Source: Ptychomitrium polyphyllum (taxonomy: Eukaryota). Taken from it: DNA of 64,000 bases. Shown here piece by piece: positions 49,493 to 63,709 of this stretch. The translations under genes and the position numbers were made by a program. The DNA lies in the NCBI GenBank assembly GCA_973851085.1, contig OZ316775.1:9672001-9736000 (forward strand). Direction: 5' to 3'. The notes under the pieces are model-generated. The model saw only the letters and a list, made by a program, of their open reading frames with translations. It searched no databases and had not been told where the DNA came from. Numbering within the stretch: position 1 is the first letter of the stretch; the number at the start of each line of letters is the position of its first letter.

Positions 49493-52081
49493 TCAGTACT
49501 GGGATCCCTCTTCTTGAGCGATATGAAAGCCTTGCACCTTTCGTACAACCTCATCAACCCTGACCTTGATCTGATTTGCTGCTCCTTCAGTATAACCACC
49601 CACCTCGACCTCCTCGTTCCCATTCACTGTCTTCCATATACGAATAGTACCATCCTCGGAACCAGATGCATAAGATTCACCCCCTGGTGAGAAACGGACA
49701 CAATGCACAGGACCGTGGTGCCCTTTGTTGCATTCTGCATACACGATGAACACAGTATTAAACACAGAATACACAACACACATCCACAGAAGCTGCTGAA
49801 AACGCAAGCTCTCCAGCTATGCTCATATCTACACGACCGGATGAACTCTCATAAAAAAGGAATACAATAACCGAGAGTTTGTTAACAAACATCAAACTGT
49901 GAAAAAGTGAATACGGCTAGATATTATTACATTGAACTTCAAGGGCAATCGAAGAGTACGCAGAGGTGGCCGGAAGAGAATCGTGAAGTTACATCTGTCA
50001 ACTCTGGTGACCATACAGGACTCCAATAGGTAGAAAGGAAACAAGGATTTTCAAGCTAAATGCAAAGCACTTACCAATTTCATCGCCAGTATCAAAATCA
50101 AAGAGGCGAACCCACATATCATCACCACCTGCTATGAACTTGCCTCGAGAAGGAAACAGTGAAGCTGATTCCACAGGCCTGGGCATCGTGTAACTCTTTA
50201 CCAGCCCAAAGCTGCAGAAGGGACACGTAGTCAGAGGTTGAAAACAAGTTTGCATTAACTGTAAGTTTTGGCATAAGAGAGATGGTGCCTTAAAAAATCC
50301 AAATCCGAGCCACACCAATAGCAATGAAGGCAATGAGTTTCCATCCAATGTTAATTGTCCCTGACATTGATCACGCACTTTATAGAACAAACACAGCAAG
50401 AACTTACTGATTAGCATCCCAAAACTTCACAGTGTTGCCATCAGCTGTGGTGATGTACCGACCGTCCCTGCTGACCTCCACGCTGGTGCAAGAAGATTTT
50501 GTATCCAAAGTCCGCACTACTGACTTGGTTCTCACATCCCATACTCTGATCATTTAGATTCAAAATATCAGGCCACTACAAATAAATGATCAACGGCACC
50601 CTTTCTCCTGCTTGTTTTGTGAAACCAGAACTAGAAACGAAGTCACATACAATATACTATCAACGTGGCATACCTTACACCTCCAATGTCATTCGACGAG
50701 CTCAAAATGGTTTGGTCACTGTGATGCCAAACTGCCGCCCTTATTGGAGTCTCCGGAGAACTTTCCAACAGCGTTGGAGGTGCATCTGGCCGACCCAAAT
50801 CAAAAATTCGCAACACTTTCTCCGCACCCCCGGTTAGCAAGTGAGTTGTGCTCTGCAATTATACCATCAACACCTTGATCAGAAATCAAAGAATCCAGAC
50901 CTACTGTAACTTCTGTGATTTGCAAGAATAGCTACATTGCGGAGAGCAAAACATGACATTAGGACCATATTCGTAGACAAAAAAGAAGCTCACTTAAAGC
51001 AGTTATCTTAATTTGCAGAAGACAAATTCAAGATAAATTAAAGAAGTAGATCAAATTTTAGTTCACGCTGCTTCCTCAGCGGGTATTCATGATTGTTCGG
51101 ACTTGACGATGCAATTAAATGTAGGGAAGAAAAAAGACCTCAGAAAATGCACAGGTTCGAACAATATGCTTGTGTTCAAATGAGCAGAGTTCATCCCCTG
51201 TCAGAGCATCCCACACCCTCCTGTAATCCAAACCCAGTTTCAAACGTTGAGACAACTCATGCCAACTAGAAGTCAAGACTAGTTCATAAATGCAACGAGC
51301 AGGAAATAGCATGCTAGTTGTTAAAGGCTCGACAAAAAAACAAGTTTATAATCTTGAAGATGTCAATTTCAACTAAACAGCCGAAGCCTGACGTTAAGCT
51401 ACTTATTTCCACTTCCAAAAGCTTAGTACACCCACTACATCAGTTACACCCACTACATCAGTTACACCAGGCGATCTCACTTGCATAGTGACGACGGATA
51501 CATAAAATGGTCCTGTACAGAAAGGAGAAAAAGAACTTACGCGCTGAAATCAGCAGATGCAGTGGCACAACGCAATGCAGGAGTATCAAGGCATGCTGCC
51601 CATACAGCTCCTTTGTGACCATCGAAAGTTCCAATCCAATCGCCAGTCTCACCGTTCCGGAGCATTGGCTTCCCATCTACACAGGAAGTTGCAGTAATGC
51701 AGAAAGACTGTCAAGTTCCACTAAAAGCTAAAATTTACTTCCAAATCTGCCATGATCATATTCATCAATGATAGGAGTACCTAGCTGCAAGCATGGGAGT
51801 ATCTAAAACCCCAAAATGTCTATAAATCCGAAAATTTCAGCCAAAAATTCCTTCGAAAATAGTGAAAGACGGTATGCTCAGAAAAATCCCATCGCTTTCA
51901 CAAAAACATCACTCAATGAGTAGAAGAAAACGCTAAATTTAGCTGGAGTAAAACTAAGCATACCTTTGCTAGCGCTGACCAAAAAGAAGCCATCCGGAGT
52001 GATGGGGCTATAAGAGAGATCAACAATCGGACGAGAGTGTCCGTGGCACACGAGCGGAATCTGAGCCTTTCTCTTCTCCAT
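49493..52081 (-). CDS. STRAP: WD40 protein, STRAP/UNRIP-like; 7 coding exons
   Basis: [118 protein letters not shown]. Confidence 0.95.
51427..51468. repeat. Exact 18-bp tandem duplication in a STRAP intron
   Basis: TACACCCACTACATCAGT twice, plus a partial TACACC. Confidence 0.9.
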
Positions 52082-53486
52082 TGCTGAATAAAGTCACAAC
52101 ACCCTCAAATAGTACTTGGGATTGACTCGATGCAACTACCGATGATGCAAAAAATAGGAGGCACGAGTTTCAAACTGCGCTTTCAAATAGTGCTACTCAA
52201 ATGAAGTCGAGCACACTTAATCTCCCTCGACAAGATGGCACTTAATTTACAAAAACCTAAGCCCTGAAGAAGCAATTACAACCATATAGACCCCAAGGTT
52301 GTAAATAATGTCCAATGTGTACACTACGAAGTGAGCCACCTCAAAACATTAACTCTCCGACAACAGGAGACGTTTGGGTGCGGTTCTCAGAACCTCAAAT
52401 TTGTCACGATGTATTTAGCTTGTACCATAATCCCCAAAAACTCTAGGACCCTTGCAGATTTTGACATGCGAAAAATCAAATGAAAACTGCGAACTTGCTG
52501 GGTTTGAGCGTCTCAAAAAGGTGACCTCAAATGGCAAGACGTACAAAAATTCAACACTAGATTAAAATTGACACCAAGCTTGAATGAAAGCTACGTCTCC
52601 GCTGGTGCTGTCAAATGAAACGAAACCGCGGATGTTGATGTATGTGTGTCTTCCTCAGAAAGAACATCTGAGGAGACCCAGTTCCCAAACTCTTTGTTTA
52701 TGTCTTCCTCGAAAAGAAATCCAGGAAAGAAACACGGCGAAGTATTGACCTCGCAGAGAAGAATTGCGATTGCTTTATTCCGCTTAAGTCACCAAGTTTT
52801 AGCAACAACCTTCCACTAGTTTGAGTTTCAAAAGTTAGGTGCAACCCAACTGCTCCAAAGCTGCTCGTAACAAGATATATGGCGAACCTTGCAATGAAGA
52901 ACTCTCGAGCTTATTGAACTGCTCTCGAGCTTACAAGGTTTACAATCCTCAAGTAGGACTGTCTAGTATTACAGTGACCACGACCCGACAATGAAAACCA
53001 TATTCCCTAACGCTATTCCGACTAGTGCACATAAACCCAAGTGTGCTCTCAGTGTAAACTCAACAATACTTGCGCACAGATGAGTTGCGACCGGCAATAG
53101 CACCTATCACATCAACCCAGAACGCCCAGATGGAAATCCGGATCTGATGGCTAGCCCCTCAAAAGCAAAAGCCTCCACACCTACTCGTAGTTCTCAAATC
53201 CACTTCCGATAAAAACTCCGCACGGACAGATGACCTCGCCACCAAACCCTAGACCCCAAACCCTAAATCCTTAAACAACCTCACTCTTTTCAAATTGGGG
53301 AAACTCAAAGTCAGCTCTCCACTCTGATAGAACTCTCAAACCTCCCACAAATCAATCCTCTTGGACCATAAACCCCACAATCGAACACCGTCCTGCTAAT
53401 TCACCGGGACACCAGAATCGTGTCGATCACCATCCCTCTCTCCCTCAGATCGAAAACCTCGCAACAAGACGATCACCAGTCCTTTC

Positions 53487-53489
<3 letters not shown>

Positions 53490-53537
<48 letters not shown>
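53490..53537. repeat. (CT/GA)n microsatellite in the probable STRAP 5' leader
   Basis: About 24 TC units are directly visible. Confidence 0.95.
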
Positions 53538-53539
<2 letters not shown>

Positions 53540-54734
53540 AAGCTCTCACCAACTCCAGCCACACACGGCTCGCGAATAATCGCTTCCTGGGCACCCAGTC
53601 TCTCCAATGGAGGAAAAACCGCGGCAACACGGCTCACACTCCACAGCAGACCCAAACTAATGGTGCAACCCTCAGAAAAATCCTTATTCCGTCAGGGAAC
53701 GTGAGAAGATTAGCGTGGGATTGTAACGCGGGCCGAGTAAAATGAAGAAACCACCACCAACTTGAAGGAGGTAAGCAAAGAAGAAACTGCAATGGAGAGA
53801 ACACCGTAAGCCTACATTCAGAGGATAGAATAAAAGAATAGTAAGTCTGCAAGACTGCAAACTAAGCTTCCTTCACAACCTAGTTCTCGTGCAACCGACC
53901 GCAAGGATAGGCTTTCCTACATGGGCGCCATAGACTTGAAAGAAAAAAAAGCAGGGTCTGGAACATCGACCTAATAAAGGAAAGCAGGAAGAAGGTTGTG
54001 ATGAGAGCTCATTTGGGAGCGTCATGGTTTCGACAGTGAAGGTGAAGCGAATTCAGTCAGCATTTGCTCCTTGAAGTTAATTGGCTTTGATCTTTGTTCA
54101 GGTTTGAGCTCTAATAATAGAGTATCAACTTGACACATGGCGACCAGGAAGTGTCATTTGGATTGAATTTGAGGAGAAAGAGTCTATTCCTTTCAATAAT
54201 TCTGCAGCTTTAAGTTCGCTACTTCCGTGCTCTCTTGTTTCTAGTACGATATTACAAGCGCAGGACTTATAGTTTCTGTCGTGAATGTTTTACTGCGGAA
54301 TTTCGAATGTCACGTCGTGAAAATGGAGTGATGTTTAGGTAATTTGTCAGAAGACTCCAATACAAGAAGCAAGTTGTACATTTCTAGCTCTGCAACTGGA
54401 GTGTATCTGACGAGGCACGAAGTCATGTACTGATAGTTAGGGTTTGCGCATCCGTGAGATAAACCCCAACACAGGAAGCAAGTCACAAGCTTCATGTAAA
54501 GCAAGAAGTTAGTGTATTTAGCGAGCAAAATGGAGTCATAGGTATCTTTGAGTTCACTATTTTTGCTCAGAGAGACATGATAGCTTGGAGAGTATCCTTC
54601 CCATGGCAAAACTGAGCGCTGTTTAGAACACTGTTGAGAAGGTTCGTGCTCAGGTTGCGTTGAACGTGAGCGACTCCAAGGTTGCTGAGGTCCTCAGTTA
54701 CTCCTTTGGTTGACCGAGTGACCAGCTTCATCTT

Positions 54735-57700
54735 TTAGGTTTTGTTGATGCAAATGCCGCTAAGAACCCATCCTCCAGTGGAACTCATTTGCATATTGGG
54801 ATGAGTCCGCGAGGGTAGAACCTGCATTTAGCAACAATGTTTGATCAAGGGTGGGATAAACTAGTGAACACCAGCAAGCAATACATTGGAAGTAGATTTT
54901 GTAGCTGCATAGCACGATTCAAAGCCAAAATAGCTTGCATCCATCCCAAAGACAACTACTGTCCCTTCGTGATAAAGTAAGAGCAGGAGAACTTTCCAAC
55001 AGACATTAAAACACTGCAATCTTACAACAGAGCTTATCTAGACAGATCTATAGGATCTCAAAGATACTACAGAAGAATACCTGGTACTCACGAAGCCAAG
55101 GCTCCTGAAGCTGCAAACCAACTGCCATGCGCTCTGACTGTAACTTATTCATGCACTCTGCAAGAGGCTGCCAAAACTAACTGATTAATAATCACTCCAG
55201 TTCACACAAAGAAAATACCATTGCTTCAAATCTGGAATGAGCATGCACTTAAAGGACCTGCAATGGGTTAAGCACAGCCAAGTTCTTCAGAGCGCGTTCA
55301 TCGGTATATCCAAAATCAAATTGCACAGAAACCAAGAGTTTGTACCTGAAGGTAAGGATGGTAGATAACAAAAGGAGCTGAAGGAGCTAGTAAAGGTAAA
55401 AGCTTCTCCACCACTGTCCAGGGATTTAAGAACGGAGCTCCAATTATCAAACTGTCATCACAGCCAAGCCACAAGTCAAACGTAACTGAGGTCGTCATAC
55501 CTCGAAAAATAGAGTGCAACAGAAAGAGCTCTAAGAACACAATTATTCTACTGTAATTATGAGCCATAATGCTCAATTCTGGCAAATTACCTGGAGAAAC
55601 CTTGAAGTGCCCAACGCCTTATGTCCCCTTCTGAAGCAAGCCTACCAGGCTTTATTGATTTGCCAGCCTCAAACTCATCTAATGTAGATTGGGTCCTCCG
55701 CTTACCGGTAATTTCAGTTTCAGTCTTTGATGTGACTTCTAACCTCGAATCAAGGACAACTGCAGAAACAGCCACTCTCATAGTCAGTCAACTTATGCAA
55801 CGGGTACTTTAATTGCACACAGAAATTAGGGACGAATACATGGTAATTGAGGCTCATCACACACCTGTTTCCAATATCTGTGTAGTTTTAGTTGTACCTT
55901 CACTCTCAACGGATTCTAAAATGACACTAGTTTCAATTGTGACGCTAGCTTCAACATTGTCGCTGGAACTTGTTGTCCTATCCACCTCCGTAGAATTGAC
56001 TGCAGAAATATATACCCAAATGATCAGCACTGACTTGCATTCTGGACGTGGTGGGAAAATCAACCAAGGTTCTGTATTAAAATATCCTCAGATAAATACA
56101 AAACAATACGCCCCACCAGTACAGAACCATCGGCTTAATTCGAGTAAACCTGCATAATACAACATTCTTTTGAAAAGCGTAAGATTCCTCAGCTCACAAG
56201 GAACGGATATCCCAAATGAAGTACAACATCTTGACTCAATACTCATTAGTACACTCAAGATTCCACATGAACTTGAATAATGTAAAATAGATCAAATACA
56301 ATAGTGCACTATATGGCTTAGACAACTTTGACTGTGCTGTGGATGAGAGGCATACCGCTTGTCGAAACGTCATTGGTCTCATTCAATATAATATTTATAC
56401 CATCTTCCGAACCAGTTTCCTTCAACTTAGCCGCGGTAGACACCTTTAAATTAGAAGTCCTGGCCGAAATGAGCTGTGACGCTGGAGCTCTCACCACCCT
56501 GAAACATTGCGTAGGTTATCTCAGTAAAATATACGAAAAAACAAATGCACCCCAATAACTAAAATCAGTCATCAATCAACTTGAATTCAAGTGTAGCATG
56601 CCGAACCCACGAACGTGACCGCTGGAAGAGAAAACGTCACTCAATTCCATCAGTCTCATCACCAACAGCCATATTAGATAACATATAGTGCCTATATACA
56701 CAACAAAGACAGACAGCAGCTAAGAAAAGAGGGCACTGAACCTCACTCACCTGCTGGATGTAGATGTATCAAAATTGAAAAGCCGTACCATGTCAATAGT
56801 CTGTGGCTTGTTTGTATGGTACGTGCTGCACACATGTCCATACCCTACACCACAAGCAATCACTACTTTCATTACCTCGCTCTCACGCACAAACAAACAG
56901 TGGGAACCCGAACAATCGCACTTGCACTTTCAGCTTTACAAGAAACGTGAAAAACGAGGAATGACCTGACATTTGTGATACTGCAGATAATTTCACCACG
57001 TATTTGAGACCTCAAGATACAGGAGATGACAACGAACATAAGTGGCTAACCTAATCCAGATGACAAGATGAGTAACTGAGGATCACATCAATATAAACAT
57101 CAGAAAAACCACAGTACCTCCTAATCGTTCAGCGACAGAGGCGATAAGAAGGCCTCCGAGCATGTCAAGAACAAGAACTTCAGCATTCGCCCCAACATTC
57201 GCAAGAGAAAGTATAAGTGCCAACATGTCCATTCGCAAATGCCTGGAACAGAGTAAATCAAGGAACATTTGTCATGCATATCGTAAGACAAGAGACAATA
57301 TAAAGTCAAGGAGATTTCATGGCGATTATGTAAGTAATATCACTAACAGGCTACACAAAAACAAGTCAAAGAGGAACAATGAATAAATGTAGGGTGAAAA
57401 TAGAAACTTTACCCCGTTTTGTTGGGGTCTTTGGCAAAATAAGCCTCGCACACACTGTCGACACACACAAGTAAGAACGCATCAGAATGGTCTCGAAGGT
57501 AAGGACTAAAATTTAAATCGTAATTCACAAGTTCGTAACACTATACTGCAAATGAAACTTTATACTCAGAATATATATTAGACCAATTAATCGTGTTCAC
57601 CTTTGAGACTCAAATTTGAGCGCTTTGCTCGATACTGTTAATATATTCATGCCAGAAGTTTCAAAGTAGACGTAGACAATATGATGCTTAGGAGATTTAA

Positions 57701-59066
57701 CTATGAGTTAAGAAAATTTAACCTTCGGGCAGATGGCCGTCGAACGACGACCCTTGGTGCATACTTCTTCTGCTTCTTGCGCAAATACTTCTCCTACCAG
57801 CCCAGAGCACTTATCAGAAAGGATCGTCTCATCGTTCAGTAAAACTTGTTACTACGTATGATGCTGACGCGAATGATAGCTCTCCAGACGACTACTCTAT
57901 CAAAGTGGACAAATTGTCGAGTATAGCAACAAACGGTACCTGAGAAAATGCAGTCTTCGTATGAAAAGTAGCACTGTTTGCAACCAAAGCCTCCATTATC
58001 TCCTTTCCGGAAACCCCCTCACTGCACAGCATGTCATGTGGATTAATAATAAGTACTTAGTGCAGTCTTCCCAGCTCCAAATTTCCAAAATCGATAAATA
58101 AACCGAGAATGGACATACACATTAGGACCTGATACACACTACTACAGAGCAAAATAATACTTAGAAAGGACTTCAGTAAAGTAACATGCGGAGACTTCAT
58201 ACGTGCGCATCTTGTTAATGTCTTCGGCAGACAGTGTCTGAGCAGTGTTGTTATCGATCAGCGCCCGGTTATCTTTGCTCTTCACCTCATCCCCTGCTGC
58301 CACTCCATCATCTATCTCTGTTATCCCTTCACGCAAATCTGCACAGCAAAGTCAATGTACAAAGCATACAGGGCCGAGAGCATTGCACACCAATATAGTA
58401 CCTTTGTGAAAATATTAAGCAAGCACGCCGACGATCTTTCAATCTATTACTTCTTCTGATAGAAACGCAGAAAACTGACCTGCATCAGAAGGCGAAACTC
58501 GCATAAACGAAGCTCCTTTAGGACCAGATTGCACCTCAAAAACAGACCCAAACGGATGACCCACGAGCGCATCCAGCCAGCACTTGGTGTTCCCAATTTT
58601 CACGCTCCTGTTCCCCATAACACACGTCCAACACAATCCAATCAACAACGCTCCTCTCATCAACCAACGCCAAAACTTCTCCAAATCATATCCTCCAATT
58701 CCACCCAAATTCCCCACTCCCACATCCGCACCACCATAATTCACATCCCCAACCACTATGAAACATCCATTCCTCCATCACATCACATCCAAACGCACCC
58801 CAACTGTAAACCACCAGATATCATTCCAATCTATCAAGACCACTCTAAAAGATACAAAAAAAGGTCGAAACTTGAACTCGTCAACCAACCCACATGACAT
58901 GACGAAGCACTTACGCATTCTTATTAAGGTGCGCAAACGTGAGCTTGTCTCCGTTGTTGATGTCCAGAAGCACAGCGCAACCAGGAGTTATCATGTTGCC
59001 CTTGCTAGGCGAAGAGTCACACTGCTTCTGCAATGCCCCTGACTCTCTCTCCTCCCAGGAACCCAT
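54735..59066 (-). CDS. TRM6: tRNA (adenine-58-N1)-methyltransferase non-catalytic subunit (Gcd10/TRM6); about 14 exons
   Basis: VLLDINNGDKL.F, LVGHPFGSVFEV, KDNRALIDNNTAQTLSAEDI, ALVANSATFHTKTAFSQ|EKYLRKKQKKYAP, LRMDMLALILSLANVGA, LAPSAPFVIYHPYLQ|PLAEC, EPWLREYQ|VLPSRTHPNMQMSSTGGWVLSGI. ATG at 59066, stop at 54737-54735. Confidence 0.95.
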
Positions 59067-59160
59067 ACTAAGTCTCGTGCTTCCTGATGAGTTTCTGCAA
59101 CAACAAAGTTGCGTCTTGCAAACAACAATCTTGTGAAGAAGACTGTCTGTGGAATCTCTT

Positions 59161-59251
59161 AAACCCTAGACCCTGCCTGTCGCTACACTGGAAGCGGGTA
59201 CACTGCATGCGGGTATGAAGGTTGTCCACGACCCGGGTATCAATTGGCCCA
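59161..59251. promoter_or_regulatory. Telo-box plus site II element upstream of TRM6
   Basis: AAACCCTA at 59161-59168 and GGCCCA (TGGGCC on minus) at 59246-59251. This pairing is known from promoters of plant translation and RNA-processing genes. Confidence 0.5.
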
Positions 59252-62074
59252 CTGTTGATTAGGTGAAGGTGCTGTGTGCTGTTGTGGTGCTCCCCCAAGG
59301 AGATTTTTATATTTTAACATTTGTAGAGGACCTTCAGTAAATCAGAAGTAAATACCCTTTAAAAGTAAATTCTCAATAAACACTTCAAAGTAAGTACTCA
59401 ATAGTCTCTTTGGTATAATATTGTATTGGTTTTCATTTCTTGGAAGTTCAAAGTCCGGCGTGGAATATGGAATATCTCCCAGTAGCATGTAAACTGAAAT
59501 CATGTCCTATGAAGATTGAAAAGTAAAGGACGAATCTACTGTAAAGTAGTTTAAAGTATTGAGTAAAGTAAAAAATCCTGGAGCAAGAGAGAATGAACTG
59601 AAACTGTGATATATTTGACAGCTTACTGCAGTGATACTAGGCCTGGGGTTATCTTGAGTTCAGTATGTGATTTAAGGATAGTGGGAGACATGTTGCTATT
59701 TGTTTGATTATGGAGTTTTAAACTATTTTTTTTTTTGCATTCTTAGAATGAATTTTAGTAAATTTTTTTATCCGAAAGTTTTCACTTTTAAACTAATATC
59801 ACGTGGAATGTTCATAATATTGATTTATAACAGTGTGTGCTTTTATACAAAATATTGTTGTGTGTGTAATATGGTTGTGTGCAAATCTTCATATGTAATG
59901 TAAAAATCTAAAAGAGCAACCAAGAATTTTTTTAATGCTTATAAGCAAATTGTAAACCACTTGCATATTTTGTTATTTGAAATTACAAATGATTTTTTCC
60001 TAGCTCAATATTGATATGAAAGAATAGATGTTCTATTTCTAAAGAAGACAAGCATCAACTCTAATATATTTGATACAATAAAGGAATAAAAATCTAGTTT
60101 CAATAATCCTTAACAAATTGTTGTAAGAAAATTAGCTAAAGTGCATTATACATATGAGCGGTTCAAAGAGTGATGGGCTTTAAATATGCACAAAATAATT
60201 TTAGTCATCACATCTCCAAAAAAATCCTTAAAAAAATAAAACTTAATATGGGTTAAAACAATTATAAAAAAATAAAAGAAAATATTGAAACATGACCAAT
60301 GCAAACAAATGATGTGAACTCCAACATGCCTCTACAAAATTGTTTAAGAGTTTTAGAAGATTTAGTATCATTGCTACTACAAGAAAAATGTATGTAATAA
60401 TTTGAGTTGCTCAATATTTTTCTAAAAAAATACTAATTTTTCCTTTATTTTTTTTAAATTTTTTTAAAAAATATATTGATTATTGGATTTCACAAATCAT
60501 GAATAACATTTTTGTGAAACATAATTTTAAAATATTTGCAACAAAATATCATAAATTTAAAAATAAAAAATTGGTTTTAAATATGAAGCAATATAAATTG
60601 TAGTATTAATTCTTTTAAAACTCTTATTCTATTTCATAGATGAAATTGCTTCAAAGAAAAAACTATATAAAAAAAGAAGGTTTAATTTTCAACATTTCAT
60701 CATGACAACTATTCATAAGTCGACAAGAACATTACATTATATGCCACAAATATAAATTTTTATACTCTACAAATATATCAATCTATATTATATCTATACT
60801 TGCTTATATTCATGATTCTATTGTTGATATTTTACAAAAAAGTCAATAGTTAAGTCTTTATATTTCATCAATGCTTCTCATCTATAATATGCTTTGAATT
60901 AAGGTTTTTATATTATCCACAATCAACCACATTTAAGATTTCAGGCTATAATTTCTTAAAATCAACTACTTTTTTTATTGTGGCTATTTTTAAAAAAATA
61001 ATATATATTATTTTGTAATATTTCGAAAAATAGTAAATTAGCGATATAAATATTATTATTGTATGTTTCTTTTTGATATTCATGTATTTTTTGGATAAAA
61101 AATACTTTTTGTTCATATGTTATGGTAATATCATTAAAATATAGTAATTCCATTCAATATATTCTAAAAGAAAATCATTATAATAATATAGGAATTAAAA
61201 ATTGGACCTTTTGATAAAATATTATCAAACAATTGTATTATTGTATATAGAATCGTTTTTAAAAGAGTAGCAAAAAAATGTAATGTAAAGCCACCAAAAT
61301 TATATTGATTAAAAGAAAATTGAATTAGTTTTATATTATGTAGATACTATGATGCACGGATCCACTATGACATGTGATTGTTGTATGATAGTTTTAAGTC
61401 ACAAATCAACATTGTTGTAGCATGTGCCTTCTATATGCTAATATATATTCCATGCAATATTATATCTAGTAGAACTAGGTTCTTGACAACAATTATTATC
61501 CAAACAAAAATTTATCCATGAATAATATAATATGAAAAATTGAGATTTAAGTGAGAAAGGAAAACATACACTATGACTTGTAATGTTACTTGTTAGAGTT
61601 ATATAAATACTTAAACAAACTATAAATTTTTAAAGTATAACTTCATAAATTTTCTACTTTTGATCATAAATTATTAAGTTATTTCAAACTAAAACATGAA
61701 GAATCTAGAAAAGGTCATTAAGTTGCATTAATAGCTCTATTTAAATTAATTAATTAAATCAAATCAATTGATGCTTTATGGAGTAGTGTACTAGATTTCA
61801 TTGATTGAAATGTTGAAGCTTTAGCCATCATTCAATGTCCACTTATACTAATCATAATTGGAACATAGTTCTACCTTATGAACTTTAACTTATATACTTC
61901 ATCTTCACAAGAAACACAATTTTGTAGTTATAAAACAAGTCCATTACTTAATTAATTATATTCCAGGAGCAAATGACACATGTCAAACTTGTAATGAGTT
62001 GAGACCATACAAGCCTACATAGAAAATGCGATTTTGTCATGAAAATGACGACCTTAGTATGTAACTAGAGTAGA

Positions 62075-62343
62075 TGAGGAATGACCTCATATTGGTTTTA
62101 CTATTGGATCATTTCACCACAGGTTTGAGACCTCAAGATATAGGACATAAAAATGGTGAATCATGCAAATGACTAAGTGAGTAACCGAGGATCACATCAA
62201 CATAGACATCAGAAAGACCTCAACACCTCCTAATCGTTCGGCAGTAAAGGCGGTAACTTATAAGAAGGCCTCTGAGGGATATCCAGAACAAGAACTTCAG
62301 CATTCGCCCGAACATTCACAAGAGAGAGCATAAGTGCCAACAT
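62075..62343 (-). pseudogene. Diverged duplicate fragment of TRM6 (one exon plus adjacent intron)
   Basis: Colinear with ~56956-57225: GAGGAATGACCT, ATTTCACCAC, TTTGAGACCTCAAGATA, GAGGATCACATCAA, CCTCCTAATCGTTC, AGAACAAGAACTTCAGCATTCGCCC, TAAGTGCCAACAT. A 7-nt insertion (GTAACTT) shifts the frame. Confidence 0.92.
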
Positions 62344-63086
62344 TAGGAACACAGGCAGTAGAATTATGAGTCTTGTAATCAGGAACTCTTGGATCTAAAA
62401 TGATGAAAAGGGAAGTCAGAAATCAAAGTTCAACGTGCTACCTTGTGTACTTGCAGTGTCCGGCAGGGCCAGGTTGAAAAGAATCAGGGACTATGTCCTG
62501 ACAGGGCCATGCTGGTGCTCTGTCCAGTACAAAGAGAGGTAGGTTTATAAGACAAAGCAAGCAGCTCGTTTGGGCCGTGAGTGACCAAGAGGAAGAAGCT
62601 TTGCACCCATGATTTGTTACGGGTAAGAAAGGAGTGGGAAGAGATTGGAGGAGTTGCAAATATAAACGTTTAGAGGTGGTAGCCAGAGACCAGAGCCAGG
62701 ATGGATTGACAGTGGATTATGCATTTCTTCCTTGTAAATCGGTCCATCCGCAATTAAGAATGCCACCACTCTCCCAGCCCGATTTCCAATATTCTTGCTT
62801 GCATCCTCTTATGACTTACGACACCCAGAAATGCAACAAGCACAAGCACCGGGAATTACCGTAGAACGAGAGGGTGATGATACCTCCAGCTTTGCACTGG
62901 GCTTAGATGTATTTACAAAAACCGGGGGAAACAGCAGAGGTAAGCTTGGCGCCCTAGGCCAAAGCTGTCTTGAAAACTGATGCTCAGAAACGAGGCAAAA
63001 ATTAATGCCATGTTTCCGAAGAATAATTCTCTGCTGAATCCATGAAACTCTATGCTGCAAAAATAGGGTGGAGGAGAAACCAGACT

Positions 63087-63709
63087 TTACGATGTTGTCT
63101 GGCACTTCCAAGCGGACACGGTGATAAGAGAACGGTCTTGCCATGTGAGGGAGAGGCAGCCAGATGGTTTCTGCAAGCGGAAGTTATCGCAGTACTGCCA
63201 CAACAGCTGCTGCGCCTGGCTGTGCGCGTAATGGCTGAGGGGAACGTTTGTGTAGCCCGCATTTTGCATGTGGCGCGTCCACTGCTCGGAGCTCTCATGG
63301 CGCTGCGTCAGCTCGGCACCTTCACATGCCACGATGTTCTCGATCTGTTTGGCGAAGTAGTTGTTCTCCACGTTCAGCCGGTCCTGGCAGTCACGAGGCA
63401 TGGTTGCGTCCAGGGAGTCGAAGAGGGCGCAGTAGAAGTGGAGAGCATCTATAAACTTAGGTCTGAACTCGGTTCCGTTGAGGGCGGCGTCGTATTCTGT
63501 TAGCGTCACGAGAGAAGGTGCGAGGCAGGCCACTGATTTAAGGAGTCGTTGTATGCAGGGCGAGCCATCGTCTCCAAGCATCTCGTGGAGTTGTAGCATG
63601 AAGTTCGCAATGAGGTTTTCGTCGGGGTTGACCTGGACGGATTCGGGAGTAAAATCTGTCATCGAGACCAGGAACACAGGACAAAACTCCAATTCCACGC
63701 TCAGCTGCT
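63087..63709 (-). CDS. GRAS family transcription regulator, last exon (PFYRE/SAW; SCL4/7-like); the gene continues beyond the window
   Basis: ELEFCPV, IANFMLQLHEML, P.LVTLTEYDAALN, FIDALHFYCALFDSLD, IENIVACEGAELTQRHE...W...M..AGY..VPLS, LTWQDRSLITVSAW. Acceptor TTGCAG immediately precedes 63709. Confidence 0.93.

Noticed and set aside
53420..53704. ORFs with poly-ER / poly-SL
   Set aside because: Translations of the (CT)n microsatellite.
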